Below the pieces are notes generated by a model. It did no database searches. It saw nothing but the letters and a program-made list of their open reading frames with translations, and was not told where the DNA came from. A stretch of DNA of 64,000 nt, taken from the NCBI GenBank assembly GCA_964474405.1, contig CAYYUV010000001.1, positions 90,310-154,309 on the forward strand. Direction: 5' to 3'. Positions 1 through 9,211 of this stretch are shown here, piece after piece. The DNA comes from an uncultured Oscillospiraceae bacterium. GTDB lineage: Bacteria; Bacillota; Clostridia; Christensenellales; CAG-138. The first letter of the stretch is position 1, and each line of letters opens with the position of its first letter. Made by a program: the position numbers and the translations under genes.

Positions 1-243
1 AGCGCGTTCCTTGCGCCCTGGATGGACTTTATTATGGCAAAGATTATGCTCAATTCCGGCGACGCCAGCGTCTGGACGGTTGCCATCGGCCTGTACGGCA
101 TGCTCAGCAAGACGCGCCGCACGATCTACTTTGGTCAGTTTTGCGCCGGCGGCGTGCTGGTTTCCATCCCGATCTCGATTCTGTTTGTCATTATGCAAAA
201 GTTCTACGTCGAGGGCGTGACAGGCGGCTCGGTCAAGGGCTGA
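1..243 (+). CDS. Carbohydrate ABC transporter permease, C-terminal fragment (5' end outside window)
   Basis: Frame 1 is open from base 1. The tail ...FVIMQKFYVEGVTGGSVKG* is typical of the C-terminus of MalG-type sugar permeases. A hairpin terminator follows. Confidence 0.75.
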   Translation, partial: SAFLAPWMDFIMAKIMLNSGDASVWTVAIGLYGMLSKTRRTIYFGQFCAGGVLVSIPISILFVIMQKFYVEGVTGGSVKG

Positions 244-282
244 CGCGGGCGCTCGAGCGGCTGCCAAACAGCGATAAACAAG

Positions 283-319
283 GGTGCATCCTCCTGCGAA
301 GATGCACCTTTATTTTTTT
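283..319 (+). terminator. Rho-independent terminator after permease gene
   Basis: Stem GGTGCATC (283-290) / GATGCACC (301-308) with a 10-nt loop, followed by TTTATTTTTTT. Confidence 0.7.
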
Positions 320-477
320 GATTCAGCGAAGGACAGGGATCAAATCCAGTCCGTCTCGGCGGCGTGCAGGGGCAAGTATGATCTGTCTTGCGGCGCGTAT
401 AAGCTAAAGTATGATCCGTCTCGGCGGCGCTCTGCCTTATGCGCGCATGACGTTATTCCTGCATGGTGGGCTTGCCG

Positions 478-2427
478 CTATCCAGCCGTGTGTGGGGCGC
501 AGACGTCCGTCTCGCGCGCTATGCCGTTGGACGCGCGGAACGCGTCGGAAAATTCGTCGGTCGGCATCGGCCGGAAAAAGTAGAATCCTTGCACATAGCG
601 AATGCCGCTGCTTCGTAGCATGTCGGCCTGCTCCGCATTTTCCACACCCTCGACAATCACGTCAAGATCCAAGGACTTGACCATCTCAATCGTGCGCAGA
701 AGGATGGTTTCGCTGCGCTTGCTTTTCATGCTCATGTTGAGCATCATCCGATCCATCTTGACCGTGCCAAAAGGCAGCCGCATGATCGAATCGTAGTTGG
801 AATACCCCGATCCGAAATCATCCAGCGAGAAGCGGAACCCCGCCTGCCTGAGCCGGTCCATCTTGGCAGGCAGTGTGTCCGACACCGCCGCCGCAGATTC
901 GGTGATCTCAAAGCACAGCACGCGCGCGGGGATATGATAGGCGTTCGTGATGCTGAGGATCTTTGTTACCAGCGACGCGTCTACGCATTCGACGACGGAA
1001 AGATTGACGCACATGTTCTCAAACTGGTCGGACAAGAGCAGGCCGCTGTCGGCCAGGTATTGACACGCCTTTTCAAGCACCTGCTCCCCAAGACGCACAA
1101 TCATGCCCGTGCGCTCCGCAATGGGGACAAATTCACCCGGCATGACGATCGTTCCGTCGTCATCACGCAGCCGCGCCAGCGCCTCGGCGCCAACGATACG
1201 CCCCTTTTGGATGTTATAGATCGGCTGCAACGCAATCTCGACGCGGCGCTCGTTCAGCGAGCGCATCAGCAGATGCTCGACCTCCATGGCCCGCGCAAAC
1301 CTTTGGTACAGCTCGCCGTCGATCTCCACAAACGCGCCGCCGTCCGCGGCGAGCGGAAGCGCCTGATCCATCATGGACAGCATCTCATCCGTGTCGCGAA
1401 AGACTGCGTGGCCGCTTATCCTGCATCCGCGCACCTGCACGGCCAGATTGATCCGGTCAATGGTCCATGACAGAACAAAGCGATTCAGGATTCGGTATTC
1501 GGCCTGCTGCGCGTGCTCCTCGCGGTAGGTCACAATGCAGAAGGTGCTGTCGTTGATGCGGAAACAATCCGCCGTGCTCTGAAGCAGCAGAAACGCGCCG
1601 ATCTGCTTGAACAGCTTGCTGCCCGCCGCGGCGCCGAGACAATTTTCGATGTTGTCGGCATCGATAATGCGAAGCATGGAAACCTGAAACGGCTTATGCT
1701 CCTTTAATAGACCGTCCATGTGCCAAAAAAAGCTTGCCCGGTCGAATACGCCCGTCAGTGGGTCAAGCATATCGCCGGGGTTTTGCATGGTCAGATATGT
1801 CATGCAGAGCGAAAGAGACAGCGCGACGCCCGTCACCAGCGTCCGGGGGAAGAAGGCCTGCATGACGATAGAAATGGTGATAAGCGAGGTAAACACCAGC
1901 ATCGTGAAGTACTCGATCCGGCGGATACGCCGGCGATAGACCGCGATGATCACGAAGGATGCAAGCAAATATCCGATTGTGGACAGATACAGATACGGAA
2001 AAAGAGGGCCGTGCAGATATTGCCCGGTGGCGTCAAAATAGAAAAACAGGTGCAGCGTCGGGTTCAGCAGCAGCAGGACAATCGTTACGACGGTGGGCAC
2101 GAGGGAAAGGGCGATCCGCCATCTGTACTTTTTGACCAGCACGCTGATCACGCACAGCGTATACAGAAACAGCAGCGGGGCAAGGGATATCTGGCATAAA
2201 TACAGCAGCATGTTGATCAGCCAGTTCAGCCATGGCGCAATCCTGTCGCTGTATGTGATTGCGTAAGCGGATGCAATGTCCGCCGCCAGATCCAGCATGC
2301 CGATGATGATGGAGATGGAAAAGAAGGTGTTGCGGTGGCTGGGACAGCGTTTGCGCGTAAAAAAATGCCATGCAATGACAACTAAAAACAACAACGCGCT
2401 GATTTCGAGCATCGTGTTATATTGCAC
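478..2427 (-). CDS. Polytopic membrane protein with degenerate GGDEF domain and intact EAL domain (c-di-GMP phosphodiesterase)
   Basis: The ORF runs 478..2445 from a TTG. It has about 8 N-terminal hydrophobic helices. The GGDEF position reads RINDSTF. EAL signatures GAEALARL, DDFGSGYSNY and EGVENAEQ are present. I set the start at GTG 2427, 6 nt after GGAGGG; ATG 2412 is also possible. Confidence 0.85.
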   Translation of the reverse strand: MQYNTMLEISALLFLVVIAWHFFTRKRCPSHRNTFFSISIIIGMLDLAADIASAYAITYSDRIAPWLNWLINMLLYLCQISLAPLLFLYTLCVISVLVKKYRWRIALSLVPTVVTIVLLLLNPTLHLFFYFDATGQYLHGPLFPYLYLSTIGYLLASFVIIAVYRRRIRRIEYFTMLVFTSLITISIVMQAFFPRTLVTGVALSLSLCMTYLTMQNPGDMLDPLTGVFDRASFFWHMDGLLKEHKPFQVSMLRIIDADNIENCLGAAAGSKLFKQIGAFLLLQSTADCFRINDSTFCIVTYREEHAQQAEYRILNRFVLSWTIDRINLAVQVRGCRISGHAVFRDTDEMLSMMDQALPLAADGGAFVEIDGELYQRFARAMEVEHLLMRSLNERRVEIALQPIYNIQKGRIVGAEALARLRDDDGTIVMPGEFVPIAERTGMIVRLGEQVLEKACQYLADSGLLLSDQFENMCVNLSVVECVDASLVTKILSITNAYHIPARVLCFEITESAAAVSDTLPAKMDRLRQAGFRFSLDDFGSGYSNYDSIMRLPFGTVKMDRMMLNMSMKSKRSETILLRTIEMVKSLDLDVIVEGVENAEQADMLRSSGIRYVQGFYFFRPMPTDEFSDAFRASNGIARETDVCAPHTAG

Positions 2428-2540
2428 CGCCAACCCTCCCCCCAATTATTCAACTTTTCTAGGTAACTATATCATATCATGTATGTGCGTGCAAGAATCT
2501 TGTGGAAGAAAATTGGATAAATATGGAATATATTGCATAA

Positions 2541-3065
2541 TCATACAGGATTTGGCTCACGAAGCAGTTTGCGACGGGCGGCATGATCCGGCAGCACGGT
2601 GGCAATCTGGGCATAAAAAGCGCGGCTGTGATCCTTGTGCGTGATGTGGCAAAGCTCATGCACCACGACATAATCGACAGCCTCCGGCGGATACTGCATC
2701 AAAAAGCAGGAAAAGCTGAGCCGGTTTTTGGGGCTGCAGCTTCCAAACCGCGTTTTTGCGCGGGTGTACGTGATCCCGGCGGGCGTCAGGCCGAGCAGCC
2801 CGGCATAGTAACTCACGCGCTGCGGCAGGATCGCCCGCGCCCGCGCCTTAAGCCGCCGGATCTCCGCTTCATCGACGTCCACCGCCGCGGCTCTGCGTTG
2901 CATAAGCTGCAGCTTTTCCCGCGCCCAGTCGGAGCGTGCCTCCACAAAGGCGTCAATCTCACGCCGGGGCAGCCACCGCGGCGCGTGAACCTCGATCACA
3001 AGGTCTGGCCGGACGGTCATGGAGACCGATCGCCGGTCGGATCGGATCAGCGTATAGGGTATCAT
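2541..3065 (-). CDS. YgjP/DUF45 (M48/SprT-like) metal-dependent hydrolase
   Basis: Contains the HELCH (HExxH) motif within ...VVVHELCHITHKDHSRAFY.... The ATG at 3065 is preceded by AGGGGG. The longer ORF start at 3125 lies inside the rpoD terminator. Confidence 0.85.
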   Translation of the reverse strand: MIPYTLIRSDRRSVSMTVRPDLVIEVHAPRWLPRREIDAFVEARSDWAREKLQLMQRRAAAVDVDEAEIRRLKARARAILPQRVSYYAGLLGLTPAGITYTRAKTRFGSCSPKNRLSFSCFLMQYPPEAVDYVVVHELCHITHKDHSRAFYAQIATVLPDHAARRKLLREPNPV

Positions 3066-3081
3066 GGGCACACCCCCTAAG

Positions 3082-3127
3082 AAAAACAGCGCGTGTCGCA
3101 CGGGGCGTCGCCCCATACGGCACACGC
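3082..3127 (-). terminator. Terminator downstream of rpoD
   Basis: On the minus strand, hairpin GCGTGT..GGGGC-GAC-GCCCC..ACACGC (3091-3127) is followed by CTGTTTTTCTT. Confidence 0.55.
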
Positions 3128-3141
3128 TGCCGATCGTTCCG

Positions 3142-4536
3142 TTACAGCTCCAGAAAATCCTTCAGCCGCTTGCTGCGGGACGGATGGCGGAGCTTTCTTA
3201 GCGCCTTGGCCTCGATCTGCCGGATGCGCTCTCTGGTGACGTTAAACTCCTTACCAACCTCCTCCAGCGTGCGCGCCTTGCCGTCGTCCAGACCGTAGCG
3301 TAGCCGCAGAACCTTGGCCTCGCGCGGGGTGAGGGAGTTCAGCACATCCATCAGCTGCTCCTTGAGCAACGTCACGGCCACTGCGTCGGCGGGCGCGGGC
3401 GCATCGTCGTCGGGGATAAAGTCGCCGAGATGGCTGTCGTCCTCCTCACCGATCGGCGTTTCCAGAGAGACCGGTTCCTGCGCGATCTTGATGATCTCGC
3501 GAACCTTATCCTCCGAGATGCCCATCTCGCGCGCAATCTCGTCCGGCCGCGGGTCACGCCCGTATTCCTGCACAAGCTGGCGGTTCACGCGGATCAGCTT
3601 GTTGATGGTTTCCACCATGTGAACAGGGATGCGGATGGTGCGGGCCTGATCCGCGATGGCGCGGGTGATGGCCTGACGGATCCACCAGGTTGCATAGGTC
3701 GAGAACTTATAGCCCTTGCGGTAGTCGAATTTTTCGACGGCCTTGATCAGCCCGAGGTTCCCCTCCTGAATCAAATCCAGAAACAGCATGCCGCGTCCGA
3801 CGTACCGCTTGGCAATGGACACGACCAGCCGCAGGTTTGCTTCGGCGAGCTGATGCTTGGCGTCCTCGTCGCCCTCCGCCATGCGCTTGGCGATGTCGAT
3901 TTCCTCCTGCGCTGTCAGAAGGGGCACCTTGCCGATCTCCTTGAGGTACATGCGAACCGGATCGTCAATATTGATGCCCTCGGTCGTAGCAAGCACGTTT
4001 TCGATCTCGGCAATCTCCTCGTTGATGTCGTCGGGTACTTCAACCTCCTCCACGACGTCAATGCCAAGCTCCTCAAGATTCTCATAGACCTTCTCAATCT
4101 GCTCCTGATCGAGATCGACCTCCGACAGCGTGTCCATGATCTCCTTGTAGGTCAGCATGCCGCGCAGCTTGCCAAGCTCCAAAAGCTCAGCGATCTTTCC
4201 GCGCGCATCCTTGGGCGACGGTTCCTTCTCACCCTCCGCCGTTTCACCTTCGGCCGCTGCGCTGCGGCTCAAATCGCCGTCGGCGTCCTTGGACGCGGCG
4301 AGGCGTACCGTTTGCTTCGGCGGCAACTTTGTCTTTTTTTGTTTTGCAACGGGTTCCGCGTTCAACACGGAGTTCTCGGCGGCAGCATTTCCGCCGCGGA
4401 AATCGGCGGCTGTCTGCGTGTCCTCGGCAGGCGCCCCCGTCGGCTGCTTTGCTGCGCGCTTGCCGGCCTGCGTTTTTTCGGCCACTGCTTCCTCCGCGGG
4501 AGCGGATTCCTTGATGATTGCCTTCTTTTCGGTCAT
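3142..4536 (-). CDS. rpoD: RNA polymerase primary sigma factor (sigma-70/SigA) with long acidic/low-complexity N-terminus
   Basis: Regions 1.2-4 are recognisable ([41 protein letters not shown]; ...[30 protein letters not shown]). AAGGAG RBS. Confidence 0.97.
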   Translation of the reverse strand: MTEKKAIIKESAPAEEAVAEKTQAGKRAAKQPTGAPAEDTQTAADFRGGNAAAENSVLNAEPVAKQKKTKLPPKQTVRLAASKDADGDLSRSAAAEGETAEGEKEPSPKDARGKIAELLELGKLRGMLTYKEIMDTLSEVDLDQEQIEKVYENLEELGIDVVEEVEVPDDINEEIAEIENVLATTEGINIDDPVRMYLKEIGKVPLLTAQEEIDIAKRMAEGDEDAKHQLAEANLRLVVSIAKRYVGRGMLFLDLIQEGNLGLIKAVEKFDYRKGYKFSTYATWWIRQAITRAIADQARTIRIPVHMVETINKLIRVNRQLVQEYGRDPRPDEIAREMGISEDKVREIIKIAQEPVSLETPIGEEDDSHLGDFIPDDDAPAPADAVAVTLLKEQLMDVLNSLTPREAKVLRLRYGLDDGKARTLEEVGKEFNVTRERIRQIEAKALRKLRHPSRSKRLKDFLEL

Positions 4537-4548
4537 GTCCCCATCTCC

Positions 4549-6300
4549 TTACTTTGATGCCCGTATCATTTGTTGTATCTGCCGCATGGCTTCCGCACGT
4601 TCGGCGGAACTTAAACCCGGCTTTCCTAATTTTGTCTGTAATTCAACCAAAGTATCCGCGTTTTGCAGCTCTTTGAGGCGTTTTAGACAGTCTGCCGCCA
4701 CTTTTTCCGGATTCAGACAGACATCCCGCGCCGCCAGGGCCGCAAGCGCCTCGGTTTCGCTCTGCTCCGCAGAGCCGATATAGGCTGTCAGATCCAGCGC
4801 GGGCGTGGCCACGGCCTGGGCAAACAGCCGCCGATAAGCGGGAACCGTCAGCAGAGCCTCTGCGCCGTCCCGTGCGGCAAGGCCAAGCGCGTCGCGGCTT
4901 TGCAGCACCGCGTTGCACAGCTCCCGCTCCAGCATGGCGTGTGCGCCCTCCTCACGTTCACTGCGGCGGCGCAACCCTCCGCGCGTGAAGGAGACCGGCG
5001 GCGTGGCGGCGTCATGCGCGCCGCGCTGCCCCTGCTGCTGAAGCGAGGCAAGGTCATACCCGGTTTTTCGGGCGACCTGCTTGTAGTACCGATCCTGCTC
5101 GACCGGCTGCAGCGACGAAATATAGGCGCAGGCGCGGACGGCATACTGCTCACGCTCGTTCTCCTTGGAAAAATCGGTTCCGCGCGCCATCGCCTCCAGC
5201 TGGAAGGCCGACAGCGTCAGCGCGTTCTCCTTGAGCAACGCAAAACCGTCGCTCCCGTGAATCTGAACATATTCATCCGGGTCCAGCCCGTCCGGCAACA
5301 CAATGACGCGGACGTTCAGCCCCTCCTGATGCAGAATTTCCATGCCGCGTATGTTGGCGTTCTGCCCGGCGGCGTCGCCGTCGTAGGCGATATAGACGGT
5401 CTCAACATAGCGCTTGAGAAGCCGCGCCTGCTGCTGGGTCAGCGCCGTGCCGAGCGAGGCCACGGCGTTTTCAATGCCCACGCGGTACAGGCCAATGACG
5501 TCCACATAGCCCTCGACCATGATCAAGTCCGCAAGACGCTGGTTCTTAATCAGGTGCAGACCGTAGAGGTTGGCGCGCTTGGAATAGATCGGCGTGTCGC
5601 CGGTGTTGAGATACTTGGGCTTGTCCGCATCGTTCATCGCCCGCGCGCCGAAGCCCAGCACGCGCCCGCCCGTCCCCACGATCGGGAAAATCAGCCGGTT
5701 GCGATAGGCGTCGTACACGGTGCCCTTGTCCGGGTTTTTGACCAAAAGCCCCGCGTCCAACAGCTCCTTTTCGCTAAACCCCTGCTTGCCCAGCTCTTTC
5801 TTGACGTTGTCCCAGCCCTCTGGCGCATAGCCGATGCCGTAGCGCAGGATGATCTCCCTCGAAAAGCCGCGCCGCGCCGCATAGGCACGCGCTGCTGCGC
5901 CGCCATCGGACAAAAACTGTTCGCAAAAGTACCGCGCAGCCGCCTTCATCGCGGCATAAAGCCGTTCACGATAGGCACGCTGTTCCCGCAGCCGCCCGTC
6001 GTCCACGTCGTGCGGCATATCCATGCCCACACGGTTGGCCAAAAACTGTACGGCCTCGGAATAGCTCAGACGCTCAATGTCCATGATGAATTGGATCACC
6101 GTGCCGCCGGCATGACAGCCAAAGCAATAGAACAGCTGCTTGTCCGGCGAGACGGAAAAGGACGCCGTTTTTTCGCCGTGCAGCGGACAAAGCCCCCAGA
6201 GCTTGCGCCCCTTGGGCTTGAGTTCCATGTATTCGGACAGAACGGCTGCGATCTCGTTTTTTTGCAGCAGCTCCGCCATCCACGCTTCCGGAAACGCCAT
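4549..6300 (-). CDS. dnaG: DNA primase
   Basis: Zinc ribbon CPLHGEKTASFSVSPDKQLFYCFGCHAGG plus a TOPRIM domain (MVEGYVDVI ... YDGDAAGQ). GGAGG RBS. Lies immediately upstream of rpoD. Confidence 0.97.
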   Translation of the reverse strand: MAFPEAWMAELLQKNEIAAVLSEYMELKPKGRKLWGLCPLHGEKTASFSVSPDKQLFYCFGCHAGGTVIQFIMDIERLSYSEAVQFLANRVGMDMPHDVDDGRLREQRAYRERLYAAMKAAARYFCEQFLSDGGAAARAYAARRGFSREIILRYGIGYAPEGWDNVKKELGKQGFSEKELLDAGLLVKNPDKGTVYDAYRNRLIFPIVGTGGRVLGFGARAMNDADKPKYLNTGDTPIYSKRANLYGLHLIKNQRLADLIMVEGYVDVIGLYRVGIENAVASLGTALTQQQARLLKRYVETVYIAYDGDAAGQNANIRGMEILHQEGLNVRVIVLPDGLDPDEYVQIHGSDGFALLKENALTLSAFQLEAMARGTDFSKENEREQYAVRACAYISSLQPVEQDRYYKQVARKTGYDLASLQQQGQRGAHDAATPPVSFTRGGLRRRSEREEGAHAMLERELCNAVLQSRDALGLAARDGAEALLTVPAYRRLFAQAVATPALDLTAYIGSAEQSETEALAALAARDVCLNPEKVAADCLKRLKELQNADTLVELQTKLGKPGLSSAERAEAMRQIQQMIRASK

Positions 6301-6306
6301 GAATCG

Positions 6307-7311
6307 CTACCTCCAGCTCTTGGGGACAAACAGATCCTCATACGCGGCAATGGCATAGGTATCCGTCATGCACGCGATATAGTCCGCCACCACGCGCTCC
6401 GCGCCGTCTTCCTCGCGAAACATCAGAAAATCGGCGGGCAAAACGTCCTGATGCTGCATGTAATGGCGGAAAAGCTCCTCCACGATATGCTGCGCCTTGG
6501 GCTCCTCCAGCTTGGCGACCGGGTTGAGGTATACATGTGCAAACATAAAGCTGCGCAACGCGTCAAACTCCGGCAGCATCGCGTCGGAGAAGGCGACCGT
6601 GGGCTTGTTCATGCTGGTGCGCACAATGTCGAGGATCATGGTGTTGATGCGCTTGCCGTGCGTCGAACCGAAAACCTCCTGAAAATGTGCGGGGATATCG
6701 GCCTCACAGAGCACGCCCGCGCGGATAGCGTCGTCGATGTCGTGGTTGACATAGGCAATGCGATCGGCATAGGATACCACCTTGCCCTCAAGCGTCGCGG
6801 GATTGCCGCTTTTTTTATGGTTCAGAATGCCGTCGCGCACCTCAAAGGTCAGATTCAGGCCGTGGCCGTCGTTCTCCAGCTTATCCACCACGCGTAAGCT
6901 CTGCTTGTTGTGCTCAAACCCGCCGCTCACCAGCGTGTCCAGCACATCCTCGCCGCAGTGTCCGAACGGCGTATGCCCAAGATCATGCCCCATGGCGATG
7001 GCCTCGGTCAGATCCTCATTCAGCGCGAGCGCCCGCGCGATCGTTCGCGCGATTTGCGTCACCTCGAGGGTATGCGTCAGCCGCGTGCGGTAATGGTCGC
7101 CCTGCGGCGCCAAAAACACCTGCGTCTTATGCTTGAGACGGCGAAACGATTTGCAGTGGAGAATGCGGTCCCGGTCGCGCACAAACTCGGTGCGGATCGA
7201 GCACGGCTCGATAGGCGTCATGCGCCCGCGCGTGTTGACCGCCAGCGTCGCATAGGGGGAAAGCAGTGTTCTCTCCTGCTCCTCCCGGATCCTGCGGATC
7301 TCATCGTTCAT
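6307..7311 (-). CDS. dGTP triphosphohydrolase-like HD-domain protein
   Basis: HD motifs RLTHTLEVTQIAR and GHDLGHTPFGH. ATG 7311 has a GGAGGG RBS. The stop is 7 nt before the dnaG start. Confidence 0.9.
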   Translation of the reverse strand: MNDEIRRIREEQERTLLSPYATLAVNTRGRMTPIEPCSIRTEFVRDRDRILHCKSFRRLKHKTQVFLAPQGDHYRTRLTHTLEVTQIARTIARALALNEDLTEAIAMGHDLGHTPFGHCGEDVLDTLVSGGFEHNKQSLRVVDKLENDGHGLNLTFEVRDGILNHKKSGNPATLEGKVVSYADRIAYVNHDIDDAIRAGVLCEADIPAHFQEVFGSTHGKRINTMILDIVRTSMNKPTVAFSDAMLPEFDALRSFMFAHVYLNPVAKLEEPKAQHIVEELFRHYMQHQDVLPADFLMFREEDGAERVVADYIACMTDTYAIAAYEDLFVPKSWR

Positions 7312-7413
7312 GCCGGACCCTCCTTCCCGTTTCGTGCCTTTATAACATGGTTTTATACTCCCAATTTGCGCCAAAATCCTTTATTCGGGGGAAAACTATT
7401 TTCCACCGCGTCC

Positions 7414-7439
7414 AAAAAGCTCCCCCGGGACGGGGGAGC
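7414..7439 (-). terminator. Terminator downstream of pgeF
   Basis: Perfect 9-bp stem GCTCCCCCG/CGGGGGAGC (7419-7439), followed on the minus strand by TTTTT. Confidence 0.75.
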
Positions 7440-7476
7440 CGCGACAGCTGGGGAAATGACAGGGGGGCAAAGCGCG

Positions 7477-8331
7477 CTATTTGGTGAGCCGGAGATACGC
7501 CGTCATGCCGCCGGTGCGACCCTTCTCACGCCGGTGCGAGTACAGCCGCAAATCCTCAAACGTGCATGCGCCCATCAGCGACATGTTGGCATACGGGATG
7601 CCCGCTTCGGCAAACTGGCACACAGCGACCTGCCAAAGATCGACCGTCGGGTTTCCCCGTTCGTTCTGGCCGATCAGCGCGCAGAGGGGGTAGGCGCGGG
7701 AAAAATCCTCCGCCACATCCGTCCCAACCTCGAAGCATTTGGGGCAGATGCCCGGCCCCACGCCGCAGAGGATGTTTTTGGGGTCAGCGCCGGTCAGCTC
7801 ACGCATGGTGCGGACGACATTGACGCCGATGCGGTTCAGCGCGCCGCGCCAGCCCGCATGGCACAGCCCGATGCAGCGCGTCACAGGGTCGTAAAAATAG
7901 AAGGCCATGCAGTCCGCATGCCCGGTCATCAGCGTAACGCCAAGGTCGGCCGTCACCAGTCCGTCGCACAAGGGCAGTGGCTCCCGCGTGTAGCCGCGTC
8001 CGCAGTCCGCCTGCGTCACCGGCAGCACGACGGTGCCGTGTTCGTAGTGATCCATCACCATGCTGGGGACGGGGATGCCTGCTGCACGGCAGAATATGCG
8101 ATAGTTCTCCATGACATTGTCATGATCCTCGCTCCGTGTGAAGCTAAGGTTTAGCGAAGCGAACTCGCCGCCGCTGACGCCGCCGGTGCGCGCAGAAAAC
8201 CCGTGATCAATGCCGGCCTGCGCCGAAAACACGGGCAGCGTATAGATGCCCACGCCGTCCGCCGTTTCCCGATAGGAAAAGCCGCGCTCGACGCTCCGGT
8301 ACCCTGCAAAAAAGGCAGCTCTGTCCATCAT
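7477..8331 (-). CDS. pgeF: Peptidoglycan editing factor PgeF (YfiH/DUF152 laccase-domain family)
   Basis: Conserved TGHADCMAFYFYD and LCHAGWRG motifs. The start overlaps the nrdR stop (ATGA). Confidence 0.9.
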   Translation of the reverse strand: MMDRAAFFAGYRSVERGFSYRETADGVGIYTLPVFSAQAGIDHGFSARTGGVSGGEFASLNLSFTRSEDHDNVMENYRIFCRAAGIPVPSMVMDHYEHGTVVLPVTQADCGRGYTREPLPLCDGLVTADLGVTLMTGHADCMAFYFYDPVTRCIGLCHAGWRGALNRIGVNVVRTMRELTGADPKNILCGVGPGICPKCFEVGTDVAEDFSRAYPLCALIGQNERGNPTVDLWQVAVCQFAEAGIPYANMSLMGACTFEDLRLYSHRREKGRTGGMTAYLRLTK

Positions 8332-8783
8332 TTTTCGTCCAGCAGCCGCTGAAGCTCCTGCATAAACGTCTGCGTATCCTTAAATTCACGGTATACCGAG
8401 GCAAAGCGCACATATGCGACCTCGTCCACCGCCCGAAGCTGTTTCATGACCAGCTCGCCGATCTGCGCGGTCGAGATCTCGCTCTCCAGCATGTTGTTGA
8501 CCTCGCGCACGATCTGATCCACCATGCGGTTTTGCACGTCCGCCGGGATGGGCCGCTTCTCGCAGGCCTTCCGGATGCCGCCAATGATCTTGTCGCGCTC
8601 AAACATCTCACGCCGGCCGTCGCGCTTGACAACCATGACGGGGTTCTCCTCAATCCGCTCAAACGTGGTAAAGCGGCGGCCGCACCCGGTGCATTCCCGG
8701 CGTCGGCGGATGGACAGTCCGTCCTCGCTCGGGCGGCTGTCGATGACCCTGGATTCGGCGTTCCCGCAGTAGCGGCATTTCAT
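8328..8783 (-). CDS. nrdR: Transcriptional repressor NrdR
   Basis: Begins MKCRYCGNAESRVIDSRP...RRRRECTGCGRRFTTFE (zinc ribbon) and continues into an ATP-cone domain. GGAGG RBS. Confidence 0.97.
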   Translation of the reverse strand: MKCRYCGNAESRVIDSRPSEDGLSIRRRRECTGCGRRFTTFERIEENPVMVVKRDGRREMFERDKIIGGIRKACEKRPIPADVQNRMVDQIVREVNNMLESEISTAQIGELVMKQLRAVDEVAYVRFASVYREFKDTQTFMQELQRLLDEK

Positions 8784-8841
8784 GGGGCTTGTCCTCCTTG
8801 ACTGCGCGCATATTTCTAAACATATTATAGCATGCTTTCTT

Positions 8842-9081
8842 TCATAACTCTACCAAAATGACATCCTCACCGAATTTTTTTACCCGGCAATAGGGGATGA
8901 CGATGTCGTCGCCGCTTTTGATCAGCCCCAGGCATTTGGTCTCCCCGGGTACGATGATCGCGAGGATCATGCCCGTGCAAAGATCGATTTCAAGGTTGTA
9001 GATCTTGCCAAGCTGCCGTCCATCGCAGATATTGATGACGTCGCGGCAGGTCAGATCCTGATAGGTTGTCTTGTTTTCCAT
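8842..9081 (-). CDS. YlmC/YmxH family sporulation protein (PRC-barrel)
   Basis: 79 aa; the ...CRDVINICDGRQLGKIYNLEIDLCTGMILAIIVPG... pattern is typical of YlmC/YmxH. GGAGG RBS. Confidence 0.9.
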   Translation of the reverse strand: MENKTTYQDLTCRDVINICDGRQLGKIYNLEIDLCTGMILAIIVPGETKCLGLIKSGDDIVIPYCRVKKFGEDVILVEL

Positions 9082-9143
9082 GTGCGGCCTCCTTTTTTTG
9101 TCATCTTATGTACGCCATAGCCAACGCATACGGTTCCGCATAC

Positions 9144-9178
9144 AAAAAAAAGGCGGAACGCCGCGTCGGCGCTCCGCC
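9144..9178 (-). terminator. Terminator downstream of pckA
   Basis: Hairpin GGCGGAACGCC/GGCGCTCCGCC (9152-9178, 1 mismatch), followed on the minus strand by T8. Confidence 0.7.
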
Positions 9179-9211
9179 CAAGCTATGCCCCGTTCAGGGC
9201 TGCATCCGGAT

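Noticed and set aside
4900-6897. 665-aa ORF on the plus strand
   Set aside because: It is antisense to dnaG and the dGTPase-like gene, with shadow-ORF composition.
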